In this document: piece after piece, positions 35,701 through 64,000 of the stretch
How the letters are laid out: each line of letters begins with the position of its first letter
How positions within the stretch are numbered: the first letter of the stretch is position 1
Source of the DNA: Callorhinchus milii
Lineage: Eukaryota
DNA: 64,000 bases
Assembly (NCBI RefSeq): GCF_018977255.1
Contig: NW_024704749.1
Coordinates: 7,502,001 to 7,566,000, forward strand
Reading direction: 5' to 3'
Translations under genes and position numbers: made by a program
Notes under the pieces: generated by a model
Told to the model about the DNA's origin: nothing
The model's input: the letters and a program-made list of their open reading frames with translations, nothing else
Databases searched by the model: none

Positions 35701-37127
35701 TGAGAGAGACCACGCAAAGTTGCATAATTAAACAGGATTTTCTGATTAGATGGTGGCATTTCACTAATTATTCTTACATTATTGCATATTAAAAACACAG
35801 ATATGCCAAATACTATGAGAACTCAGCTGGAAAAGAGACACGAACATTGATCAAAGCATATGGAATACGATTTGAAGTTGAAGTTTTCGGAAAGGTGAGT
35901 AAAGCCTTATGGTTGTGAAATGTTTGCCAAGTGTGTGTTTTAAGGTGCCTGCGTTCACAATTCAGGGCAGCTTGGCTCAGGGAGTAGCAGATTGTGGGTT
36001 CAAGCTCCACATTGGAACTCGTGAGCTCACAGTCCGGGCTGACACTCTGATGCAGTGTTAGGGAAACGCTCCAATTTCAACGGTGCCATTGTTCGGATAA
36101 GACATCTAAATCTGCCCGTTCAAGTGGACGTTAAAGATCCTGTGGCACTATTGGAACAAAGATGGGAAACACTTCTCCAGGTGTTCTAGATAGTAATGGT
36201 TATTAACTTTGTGGCTGTTTGTGTTGACTTTGTTATATGGCTGCGAACTTTGCCAACAGACACGCTATGTCTGATAGCAATTACCTTTGAAGGGCTAGAT
36301 ATAAATGTGTAAAATGTATGTCCCGCTGGAAGACCTTGTGTAAAACATTTAATCCTTAAGTTAAACTAGTGCAAACTCTGTACATGATGCATATAAACAT
36401 TATTTATTTCAGTTAGTTACAAGGGAAATGGGTAAAGAGATGGAAAGTGTGATTAAATAATGAAGGGAGACAGCTCTAACACAGACAGCACAGGATGAGT
36501 GGCCTCCTTCTGCGCTGAAAATGTCTGTGTTTCAAACTGACTCTTTTTGGGAGACATCTGGATGCTCGAAGAGCATGACAAAAAAGGAATGAAAAATGTT
36601 TCCTGAACAAACCTAACAAAGGAGGAGGAAGGCAGAATGTTTGCTTCCAGAAGTTCATTATACTTTCTGCACAGGCTGGAAAATTTAACATTATCCCAAC
36701 AATGATAAGCATTGGATCTGGCATAGCCTTGCTTGGAATGGTAAGTCATTTTTTATTTTGCTTGTTTTCATTTGAACTATTTTGAGTTGTACCTCCTCTT
36801 CGACCGTACCTTGGGTCACCCTCCTACCCCCACCCTCCCTGCCCTCCACCCCTCCTGACTGTGAATGTAACTGAAACCTCTGCTCCAGGGAACAGTGCTG
36901 TGCGATATGATTATCCTGCATTTGTTAAAGAAGCGGAATTACTACAAAGAAAAGAAATACAAGTACGTGGAAGATTATGAACGGGTGAGTCCATAAGTCT
37001 TTGTCCGATTCTAATGAAACTGCATCATTTTTCAGTTGCTTGAAGGATATGAATGTTCTTGGTGATTAATTGGTATTAATTCAAATCTATTTCATTTAAG
37101 GGTATTGACGATGCTGACGATGACTGA
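29584..37127 (+). CDS. P2RX4: P2X purinoceptor 4, complete, 390 aa; join(29584-29723,31059-31206,31789-31860,32494-32566,33279-33375,34058-34138,34250-34391,34739-34875,35801-35894,36675-36740,36889-36984,37101-37127)
   Basis: N-terminal [13 protein letters not shown]-site residues ([23 protein letters not shown]), 10 ectodomain Cys, short C-tail [17 protein letters not shown] typical of P2X4 (no P2X7 ballast); exon lengths sum to 1173 nt with an open frame. Confidence 0.96.
30452..30956 (-). mobile_element. L2-clade LINE 3' fragment (ORF2 C-terminus, 3' UTR, (GTT)n tail)
   Basis: Translation [43 protein letters not shown]...[17 protein letters not shown] is the typical L2 ORF2 end; TSD GAGGTA. 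Confidence 0.9.
31059..31206 (+). CDS. P2RX4: P2RX4 exon 2 ([25 protein letters not shown]...DYIIPPE)
   Basis: cctag acceptor, GAG|gtaaat donor, 148 nt. Confidence 0.95.
31789..31860 (+). CDS. P2RX4: P2RX4 exon 3 ([24 protein letters not shown])
   Basis: gacag acceptor, GAG|gtaagt donor, 72 nt. Confidence 0.95.
32494..32566 (+). CDS. P2RX4: P2RX4 exon 4 ([25 protein letters not shown])
   Basis: ttctag acceptor, G|gtatgt donor, 73 nt. Confidence 0.94.
32605..32968 (-). mobile_element. tRNA-derived SINE
   Basis: Reverse copy with tail at the left end. Confidence 0.8.
33279..33375 (+). CDS. P2RX4: P2RX4 exon 5 ([31 protein letters not shown])
   Basis: ttttag acceptor, gtaagt donor, 97 nt. 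Confidence 0.95.
33634..34002 (+). mobile_element. tRNA-derived SINE, full length
   Basis: GGAGTCCCAGAGCGTAGTGG...GGTTCGATTCCCG head, body and tail. Confidence 0.88.
34058..34138 (+). CDS. P2RX4: P2RX4 exon 6 ([26 protein letters not shown])
   Basis: tttcag acceptor, gtaagt donor, 81 nt. Confidence 0.95.
34250..34391 (+). CDS. P2RX4: P2RX4 exon 7 ([34 protein letters not shown]...LALQ)
   Basis: ctgcag acceptor, CAG|gtgtgt donor, 142 nt. Confidence 0.95.
34739..34875 (+). CDS. P2RX4: P2RX4 exon 8 ([31 protein letters not shown]...SPGYNF)
   Basis: ttgcag acceptor, AG|gtaaat donor, 137 nt. Confidence 0.95.
35801..35894 (+). CDS. P2RX4: P2RX4 exon 9 ([31 protein letters not shown])
   Basis: acacag acceptor (pyrimidine-poor), AAG|gtgagt donor, 94 nt. 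Confidence 0.94.
35965..36185 (+). mobile_element. Old Deu-domain-type SINE relic (SacSINE1/AmnSINE-like)
   Basis: GGCTGACACTC...GCAGTG...GGTGCCAT...GTGGACGTTAAAGATCC...GGCACTATT motif string, recalled from shark SINEs; related fragments at about 33440-33545 and 60025-60130. Confidence 0.5.
36675..36740 (+). CDS. P2RX4: P2RX4 exon 10 ([24 protein letters not shown]2)
   Basis: gcacag acceptor, ATG|gtaagt donor, 66 nt. Confidence 0.95.
36889..36984 (+). CDS. P2RX4: P2RX4 exon 11 ([32 protein letters not shown])
   Basis: ctccag acceptor, CGG|gtgagt donor, 96 nt. Confidence 0.95.
37101..37127 (+). CDS. P2RX4: P2RX4 exon 12 coding part (GIDDADDD*)
   Basis: tttaag acceptor; completes the YxxG-hydrophobic endocytic motif (YERGI); TGA at 37125-37127. 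Confidence 0.85.
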   Translation, partial: GIDDADDD

Positions 37128-37964
37128 TCACAATGAATTTAAGGGACAATGGAATTCCTCACTCAATAACTATAAAATGCTGTCATCCTGTATATATTAA
37201 TTTTGGCAGCCACTGAACTGCATATCTTATACTTCAATTACAATGCCTTTCAGATAATAAGCAGAGGAACTCTTTATTTTACCAAAACAAAACTGCAAAA
37301 GGAATAATAGTGGAAGAAGTTCCACCTTTATAGCTCCTTGAATTGCTGCTCGGCACACTATAGTACTACGGTTCTATAGTCAAACACAGCAACCATTTGT
37401 GCCAGTAACTGCTGTGAATTGAACGACTGATTAATCTGGAGGCTTTTTGGCCAGGACAATGGGAGACATTCCCTTTTTTGTAGCAGTGTCATGGATCTCT
37501 TTATCTTCCTTTCTTTCCGACATAGGTAAAACCTGCATAGCTTTGGCAGGTGATCATCTAACAATGCCGAGGAAATGTGAATCCTGCCTGATTTACAGCT
37601 CCCTACCTGGGCACAAAAGCCAATTGTAACATCACATGTTATGTGATCCATGACACTCAGTGCTGCACAGACTGAGGCTCAAACCGTGTCACATCTGTAG
37701 GGTTCAGATATTCACTGAGCGATTAGTGTCTTAAAAATAATAATTTACTATAGCATCTTAATGTGATCAGGATTTTTTTGAACCACATTATTCTGTTTGA
37801 TTTTAAAAAAAACAAAATGGTACGAAAATATAATCTTTGTTCTAGGGAACAAAATGCTGTACTACAAAGATAAGCATTCAGGCGTGACTTAATGAATCAA
37901 CAAATGTTGTTGATCTCTGGATGAGATCTACTGTAGTAGATGGTATAAAGGTGATTGTTCCAAC

Positions 37965-37970
37965 AATAAA
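37965..37970 (+). terminator. Candidate P2RX4 polyadenylation signal AATAAA
   Basis: Canonical hexamer about 840 nt after the stop; further AATAAA copies lie near 38.85-39.07 kb. Confidence 0.4.
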
Positions 37971-38940
37971 TTGGGATTAAATCAAATCTAATTAATTTAA
38001 GGGGATTGGACTGGATTGTAGCAAATTTAAAGGATAACAAAAATCAATTCTAAATGACCAAAAATTATTTGAACACACAGCGAATATGAATGAACTGAAT
38101 GTTTTTTTCTTGTACTGACTGCACTGCAATCATCAAATTGTTTTTCTTAACAAAACAATAGCAGTAATATAGAAACTTAATGTTTAAATGTTTCAAAGCT
38201 CTTTAAAGTAATTACTGTCTAGTGTGGAGACTTTTTTTTAGGCATTTGGATCACGAAGGTCCCACAACAGTTGGTGAATGACCAATTCATCTGGGTGATT
38301 GCTCACCAGGAAACTCATTTTTTTAATTCTGTTGTGGGATCTTTAACATCTACCAGAACAAGTGAATTTGGTCCTTGATTAGAAATGTACAGGACAGTTA
38401 AAGACCCCTGCAGTCCAACAGGCCAGTCCCAAAGAAAACTTTTAATATAAATAACACTACTTTTGGAAAAAAGAGAAGTACATTTCTCCCAGTTTCCGGG
38501 ATAACAATCCTCCACGTACAATAATTCGATCAATTCATCTTATGGGCCTTGCTGATACAAATAGCTGCCATATTTGCCTACTGGCTACAATATTAGCCAG
38601 TGCACTTAACAGTAATTACTTGTGAGATGCTAATAGAGGAAAAACTGGAATAGATCAAACTTTATTACTATACAAAATACTCCGCATTTCTGCCAGATCA
38701 TTCGTGTCCCAAGTCAGTCAATAACATTACATATTCTCACCATTCTTCATAACATCGTAAACTAGATGAAGAACAAGTGGGTATGTTTAAAAGGGAGGAT
38801 GTTTAGATGGAGTGTTAAGGGGTATAAGGCAGATAAATGAGAGTAAAAGATCTAATAAAATGGCAGAACAGGCTCAAATGGCTAAATGGGCTCCGTTTCT
38901 AAGAAATAAACAGACTTCGCTATATATCAACTTTATACAA

Positions 38941-38946
38941 TTTATT
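38941..38946 (-). terminator. Candidate CAMKK2 polyadenylation signal (AATAAA on minus)
   Basis: tttatt on plus at the end of a ~2.3-kb AU-rich, repeat-poor stretch following the CAMKK2 stop; alternatives at 38987 and 38661. Confidence 0.5.
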
Positions 38947-41210
38947 TAAAATCAAATACACTGATGTTCATGAATAAATTCATGTGTTTATTAATGAAAT
39001 CATCTTGCTCAATGCATATAAATAGCTTTTTACAATTGCCTTGTGTGTCTGTAAATTCAGCACATCAATAAAACCTCAAGACTTGAATGACTTAAAAACA
39101 TTCTTTGATTGCATTTTTTTGTAGGCCCTCATACGTTTTCGCATTGTTTTCAAATCAAGTTTATCACAATCTAAATTAAAAGGGTGACCATATTCTTAAC
39201 TGCAGCACATCCACCTTCAAGGTAATAATGCATCGGCTAAATCCCAGACATGAAATGTTTTTAATTCACTTAATCTATTCATTCATAGAAAACGATTGGT
39301 AACGAAAGATCAGGTCAAAGTTTCACCTCGAAAAATCCAAAGCACAGTGGTCACGTTATCAAGAAATAGATTAGTGCATGTTAGGGAGCACTCAATTTAA
39401 CTGTGCACTAACTGATCCCAACAATAGCAATTACAAGTTTCACACGTGTACAAATGTTGACAAATACTTGTCTGTTCTATAAAACTGTCAGTAGCAGCAT
39501 ATTTTAAGTTAAGTGCCAGGCCAAATGACATTTTGCAATGTCTAAAATTTGGTATATCCACAGCTTTGATTTCACGAACTGGAAAACTTGTCTATCTTTC
39601 CTTCACTCCCTCCCTCCATCCCAACACCCCAGAAGAAAAAGGCCACCTTTGTCTTTGAAGTGTGAACAGAGAATTCACACCCAAACACAGATTTTTACGT
39701 AGTTATACAGCAATGTATTCTGAATAGGTAATAATATTTCAATAATAATACTGAACAATAGCAATAATATTTCTGTCTAGGTTATACATTTACTACTTTT
39801 TTTTAAATAGGATTAATAACTTCCTATGCAAGTACAATACCCAAGTATATGAGAATCCACAACAGCTTATAGGGAAGTATCATTTTTCTCTAAGTAGAAA
39901 ATGTTCAACAAATGGCTCCAATTTTAGTCACTGTCAGACTACTTTACATTAATGACAGATCAGTATTCCTAGCACCAATGCTGTACAGTACTCTGAATCC
40001 AATTCACATGGTGGTGGTGGTGGGGGGGAAGAGGGGAGTTCATATGAAAAGGCCGACATGTCCTGTTCTAAAAGCAACTCATTAACAAACTAAATCCCAG
40101 TGAGTACCTTAGAGTTTCTACTTGCCTCATAGAAAAAACATCGTCCATTTTCATTTAAGAAATGTTTGCATGTCTAGATTTTTTTTTGCACTTGGAATTT
40201 TGTGAACAAATCTAACAGTTTATCGTGTAACAAAAAAAAGAATGCCCGATAGAATATAGGAAATTTACCCATAAAATCAGGCGACTAACCAAAATCTCCT
40301 AATATGTCTGTATGCGACCACCTGAAGAACTACGGCATATTGATCCGGGTTACAGCAATGAATATTTAGATTGCAGATTGTGTGCTCTATAAGCATCAAG
40401 CAAAGGTAGTTAAGTAATCCAGCTCTCCAACCCATAGCTTGGAGGGTTAGCACTTTTGCAGAAAAAGGTGGACTTTTTATGGCAATTATTAAGAACAAAA
40501 AGACTAAGTACAGCGTTCAAATACTTTGGCTAGTCACGTTAAAGCTTAAAGGATACTTTTTAAACCAAGCAAAATAAACAAAACACAACTACACACTCTA
40601 TGCAAACCAGACTGCTGATATAATACATTATTTCCTTCCTGATATTGCAATTGTTTTGTTTAAATATTAAAAGACTATTTATCAAATTATAAATCTAGAC
40701 AGCATTTTACCTTGATTAAGCAGACCTTAATGTAATGTAGCATTGTAAACATTTTAGAATATGCATCTTAAGTGATGTTATGGCATTAAAACCACTTTTT
40801 CAAGTATCTAAATGTTCCTAAGTCTCCCAAGAGGATATTTCAGGACATCAGAACAGCTATAACTAATGACACCGATACTGCAATTAAATGCACCACAACA
40901 CAAGATTGTTAAAAAATGCATTTCTCATACTTAAAATGTTAAAAGTGATTGAATACTTGTAGATGTGTGTTAAATATTTCAATACCTTAAGCCTGCGTTA
41001 CCTGCAACACAGTTATTAATGAAATGTTTCAAAGCGTTTTTCATGCAAAATTCACAAAGGCCATATACTTTGCTACGAGTCCACTGCCCCCTCCTGGCCT
41101 CGGAAAGCCTTCACCTCCTGATCGCTGGTGGGTCGGCCAATGGCCACAGCCGATTCAGCCTTGTTGGGGAGTGCAAAGAACATGCATAAACTCCATTACC
41201 ACAGATAGCT

Positions 41211-59325
<18,115 letters not shown>

Positions 59326-59705
59326 GGTGCTTTTCACCGCTTCATCCAAATGGATTGCTCACGTGTCTAAGAACTGCCTATGGAGATGTTTTTTTTTAAA
59401 AAAAGGCACTGGTTAGAAAAAGATTTAATTTATTATTTTAATCACATTCATTTTATTGACAAATTACCTCAAAACAGAATACTGCTGTGACAACGAATAT
59501 TCTCGAATTGAATTCACCACTGAAATGCAACATGCATTTGAAAAGAGTTGAATCCATAAATTCTCCTGGTATTTGTCCACTGAAGCTGATGGAAGTTTGA
59601 GCTAATTACAAAACAGCATTGCACATTGGGAACTTGGCCGTACACCTAGAATAGCACTTTCCAACATATGTTCGATACACAGTCCCAAGTCAGGATTTAT
59701 AAATA

Positions 59706-60016
59706 TAATAATAATCCTTGCATTTGATATAGCGCTTTTCATGTCTTCTAGACATCTCAAAGCGCTTCACAGGATATACTGTAAAGTGAATTGACTGTAT
59801 CTTTGTGGGTGAAACACGGCAACCATTTGTGCACAGCAGTGTCCCACAAACAGTTGCGGGATCGAGTGACCACATTATTATTGTTCTTTTTACTTCAGGG
59901 ATTATTATCAGGCGTGTGGAGCAAAGAAAATTGCCCAAGGTTTCGCCCTGCCAGGATTTGAACCCAGGTCTCCCATTTGCGAGGCAAGCGCTCTAACCAC
60001 TGAGCTACAAGACTCC
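59706..60016 (-). mobile_element. tRNA-derived SINE
   Basis: Reverse copy with head at 60016. Confidence 0.85.
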
Positions 60017-61533
60017 AAAGCCCAAATTTGAGCCCAAAGTCTAGGCTAACACTCTGGCACAATACTGAAGCAATTCTCCATTGATGGAGATGCCATCCTG
60101 TGGACAAGATGTTAAACCAAAGTCCAGTTTATCCAGTTAGGTGTAAGTTCAGGTTCGACAATTATGGAAGAGACGGCAAGTGCAACTTAAACTGTAACCA
60201 AAAAACAGCTCAAAATGGCGTTGGGAACATGAGGACTTGATATATATATATATATGTATTGCACATAGCAACAACAACAAAATTACATTTGTATTGCACC
60301 TTTCACGTCGGGAGGACCTCCCAAGGCATTGGACAGGCAGAGTTACATAAGTGGTGTTATTATCCCCAAAGGGCAATGCCCCTTCAACTAATCTCTTTGC
60401 TTGTCTCCATTGAATCCTAAATGTTCTCCTAGATTCAATCAGCACATCTCGATTCTCTTAAGATTTTATCACATTCATCAACACTTTCAGAACCAATTAT
60501 GAAGAATTTTAACATCATCAGGAAAGAATGTAACCTTCCAGGTGTACAATAGGTTCTTCGTAATATGTTCCCTTTCCTCAGCTGATAACTAGCAGTAGCC
60601 ATATATCTAATAATTCTTGGCTCCTACTCAAGCTTTTCATGTCAGCTCACAAGTTGCAAGCTGCTACCGGCGCGGCAAAAGCAATCTAGACAGGCCTGCA
60701 TGCCAGAGAGAGACTTATCTGAACAACAGATGAGACGTGAAGCGGTTCATGTACAGACAAGACACAACTCAGCTCAAATACAAACACAACATGACCTGGA
60801 CCAAGCACAGACACAAGACGGCTAAGCTCCATATGAGAAAGCATTTAGGCTTGCATCCATCGACCAGACCATTTTCATCCCAGTAACTCCACAAGCCCAT
60901 TGGCTTAATGACAAGATCATAAGACATGCGTTCAGCTCAGAATACCCACACTGCCATCTTCCTATTATATTATCAACTTATTTCTTAAATGACTCCAGAA
61001 GCCTGGCCTGTCTCCATCCTGAAATTGCCCTTCATGAACCCACATGCTCTTGTTTGGACGGACTGCCTTGGAATAGCTTGAAGCATCGTTCTGGATTTAT
61101 TTTCTCAGCCTATTTTGGAAGCTTTGCTGTGGAAATGTTTTCTAGGCGTCCCAAAGCGCTTTCACAGAATACACTGCAAAGCGAATTGACCGTATATTTG
61201 TGGGCGATAACTGCATCAATTGGGAATGACTGACCCCATTGCGGTTATGAAAAAAACAGCCCGGATGGTCGGAATTGAAGTACAGCTTTAAACCAAAATG
61301 TTCTCGCAACCCCTTGACCCGATACAAACGATTATAGTTACGTGCGCAATTGGCTGCAGTGTTTCTCCCACAGAAATACACGGCCGATCCACCTTACGGT
61401 GTACTGGGTAGTCCGTGAAGCGCTTTCGGACGCCTCCACAATGCGACAAGGCGCTATATCAAATGCAAGGATTATTATAATTATTATTATAGCCGATGTC
61501 CAGAGTGTCCAGCCAAGGGGGGGGGGGGGGGGG

Positions 61534-61570
<37 letters not shown>

Positions 61571-61809
61571 TACAACATTGAAACCAGGAAATTAGGATCA
61601 AATTGCAGATTTTCTCTCTCTCTCTCTCTCTTCTTCCCCTCCAAAAAAAAATCTGGGTTTGTTTACAAAACAGTCAACTCCACATGACAGCAGCTCCATG
61701 TCAGGAGCTTTGAGGCGTTTGCTCCTAACGTGTATCATTATATATATAATATATATACATATATATATATAAAAGCTGCATCCAATACATCATTATTATT
61801 GATGAAAAA

Positions 61810-62490
61810 AAAGACTCGGGTCAGAGAGCAGAGGCCGCCCTCAGAGCCGCTCACAGCCCCCATTCCGCCGCTTGCAACCCCGACGTCAACTGCAAACCGA
61901 CTCCGGCGCTTCAGGGCCGAGGAGGAGGAGGAGGAGGCGGCGGCGGCGGTATAACTGCCGCGGGAACCGGGTGTCAAACCCGGGCTGAGGCGCCGGTTTT
62001 TATCCCCCTTTCCCTCCCCACCGGAGCCGCCGTTGTCCGGCCGCGGGCTTCCCTCTCGCCTCGCCGCCCCCCCGCCCGGAGGCTTGTGGAAGCTTCTGGA
62101 AGCCGCCAAAACCCACCCGCACCGCACCGCCCGCAACACCCCCCCCCCACCTCCTCCGTCAAAAAAAAATATAAAGTACCTTCATGACAGTCGTTCGCCG
62201 ACCGCGTCCCCAAAGCGCGCGGACATGACAGGAGCCGCCGGCGGAGGCGGCGGCGGCGAGAGGCGGCGGAGGCTCCCGAGCACCGGACACACCGCGCTCT
62301 CGGCCCCGTCCCGCCTGTCAATCACCGCTCACAGGGGGCGGGGGAGACGCGCGAGAGCCGCCCACCCATTGGTTAGCCCGGCTGCCAATCACCCCGCAAG
62401 CGGGCGTGAGCGCAAGCGGATTGGTGAGCGGATCGTCATGGCAATCACTGCCGCTCCTCCCCATTGGTCAATGCACGTGCCAATCAATCA
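61810..62490 (-). promoter_or_regulatory. CAMKK2: CpG-island promoter and non-coding first exon of CAMKK2
   Basis: Very high CpG/GC content; GC-box at 62334-62344; five CCAAT/ATTGG boxes (62368, 62385, 62420, 62463, 62480); E-box CACGTG at 62474; candidate donor AAG|gtactt at 62179. Confidence 0.75.
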
Positions 62491-62552
62491 ATCAATCAGT
62501 CAGTCAGTCAATCAATCAATCAATCAATCAGTCAGTCAGTCAGTCAGTCAGT
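62481..62552. repeat. (CAAT)n/(CAGT)n tetranucleotide microsatellite
   Basis: Directly visible tandem array. Confidence 0.9.
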
Positions 62553-62970
62553 CGCTGGTGGAGCCCAACCCTCACTGTGTGCTGGAGCCCAAGTGGTCTG
62601 AGTGCCACTCCGAGTCTTCGTGGCCACAGGTGGTGGAGCAGTGCCTGTTTGGCAGCACGTCTTGTGGCACTGCAGCGTAGGCAGTGGCTTCGGGAAAATT
62701 TGTTTACCCGGTGTTCATTCGAATAATCCTTCCATGTGAAACAGCACTTCATCCCGTTGCCCGGTAGCCTGAAAGCGATTCACGGTATGCGCACGCGGTA
62801 TTGCAGCAAAGTGGTGCGACTGTGTAATTTTGTGAGCTCCCAATTGCTTAAGAGCCTTCCCGAAAGGAAGCCAGAAAGGGACGCGAGAAAGGGTTAGAAA
62901 CCCAGGACCATCCTCGGCAAGTTCCCAATGACAGCGGTAGGCAAAAACGGGAGTGTGTTCTTTGTATATA

Positions 62971-62976
62971 TTTATT
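62971..62976 (-). terminator. ANAPC5: ANAPC5 polyadenylation signal AATAAA
   Basis: Canonical hexamer about 180 nt after the ANAPC5 stop on the minus strand. Confidence 0.65.
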
Positions 62977-63156
62977 TAGACTCTTAACCTCAGTGTAAAT
63001 AAAACCAAAGTCCGACGATTGACTTAAACATCAATCTGTTGTGTTCGCTGTTTCCAGGAGTCAGTGATGCTCAATCAGCAAGGTTGCCGATGATCAACTG
63101 ATTTTACTGGATGAAAATTCCACATTGTACAGGTTGTTGTATTCAATGCACTGACG

Positions 63157-63362
63157 CTAGGACAGAAGGGGCACTCCGTAGGTCGGCAGCTCCTGGTGCA
63201 GTTGCCGAAACATCATAGCGCACTTGTTCCTCTCTTGCGTCTTGTTGAGGCTGTTGAACAGTCTGGCCTGCATGTAAAGGACTTCCCGTATTCGCTCTTT
63301 GCAGTCGGCCTTCTCAAAATAGATCTTGGCTTCGTTTAGGTTTTGAATGGCGGATTCCAAAG
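63157..63362 (-). CDS. ANAPC5: Anaphase-promoting complex subunit 5, last exon (LESAIQNLNEAKIYFEKADCKERIRE...ELPTYGVPLLS*)
   Basis: Recognisable APC5 C-terminus; ttgaag acceptor, TAG at 63157-63159. Confidence 0.93.
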
Positions 63363-63449
63363 CTTCAAAACGAGAGGAAAAAAAATACATCATACTATTA
63401 AAAAAATGTGGCATTCATTGTACAGATTGGATGCTGTATTTAATAATGT

Positions 63450-63805
63450 GGAGTGCTGCAGCGTATTGATTAGAGCACTCGCCTCGCAAGCGAGAGGACC
63501 TGGGTTTGATTCCCTGGGCAGCGCGAAACATTAGGCAAGTTTCCTTACTCCACACGCCTCGCTTTACCTAGCAGTAAGTAGGAACACGGTTGTTAGTCAA
63601 ATTGCGGATTGCTTTTCCGGGGGTAATAAAAATCGCCCCAAGAAATAAACAACTGTTTGTGGGACACTGCTGTGCACAATTAGCTGCTGCATTTCGCCCA
63701 GAAAATATAGTCAAATCGCTTTACAGTATATCCTGTGAAGTGTTTTGAGATATCTCCACAACATAAGGCATTATCAAATACAAGGAATATTATTTTTATT
63801 ATTAT
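63450..63805 (+). mobile_element. tRNA-derived SINE in the ANAPC5 last intron
   Basis: A/B boxes, body and tail. Confidence 0.85.
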
Positions 63806-63870
63806 AAGTTTGCTGCTGTAGAATTAAAAGTACACGGACCACAGCAGAGACTAAAGTTCAAAAACCTTAC

Positions 63871-64000
63871 CCTCTGTTTTTTGTTGAGGGGAGTAGGAGG
63901 CCGCAGACGCAACTTGACACTTGGCCAACAGCAGCATAGCACGGCCTCTGTCCAAGACATTGCCATGAGCCAGGATAGGTTCTATGGCCATGTGCAGCAC
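63871..64000 (-). CDS. ANAPC5: ANAPC5 penultimate exon, 5'-truncated by the window (VLHMAIEPILAHGNVLDRGRAMLLLAKCQVASAASYSPQQKTE)
   Basis: APC5-like translation, G|gtaagg donor, phase matches the last exon. Confidence 0.93.

Noticed and set aside
29584-37127. Calling the receptor P2RX7
   Set aside because: Short 390-aa protein with P2X4-type N- and C-terminal motifs; no C-cys anchor or ballast exon
59326-59349. N-terminal extension MDEAVKST on CAMKK2 from the ORF track
   Set aside because: It starts at TTG; the conserved MSSCVSS ATG at 59325 has a good Kozak context
61738-62752. Overlapping ORFs of 70-215 aa
   Set aside because: By-products of the GC-rich CAMKK2 CpG island and the CAAT microsatellite

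Overview
Vertebrate genomic DNA, most likely a cartilaginous fish and probably a chimaera/elephant-shark type. That assignment is inferred from compact introns, protein divergence, a young tRNA-headed SINE, L2/CR1 LINEs and Deu-SINE-like relics. The window holds four spliced genes in a conserved syntenic block. IFT81 (minus strand) has 14 coding exons at 801-25158 and its 3' end lies beyond the left edge. P2RX4 (plus strand) is complete, with 12 exons at 29584-37127 encoding 390 aa. CAMKK2 (minus strand) is complete, with 15 coding exons at 41211-59325 encoding about 544-546 aa. The last two exons of ANAPC5 (minus strand) occupy 63157-64000. Exon boundaries were read by hand from GT/AG signals and frame continuity. 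Most ORFs in the supplied track are intronic or low-complexity noise. Main second-look items: (1) a ~600-nt strand-biased structured RNA candidate antisense within an IFT81 intron; (2) an intronic inverted copy of the P2RX4 exon-4 donor region that could sequester that splice site, with a competing local hairpin; (3) no P2RX7 between IFT81 and P2RX4; (4) a SINE and an L2 sharing one 3' stem-loop, with many ~60-bp insertions carrying 6-7 bp TSDs; (5) two RFX X-boxes at IFT81 and ISREs at P2RX4; (6) lineage-specific changes at known regulatory residues and splice sites of P2X4 and CaMKK2.
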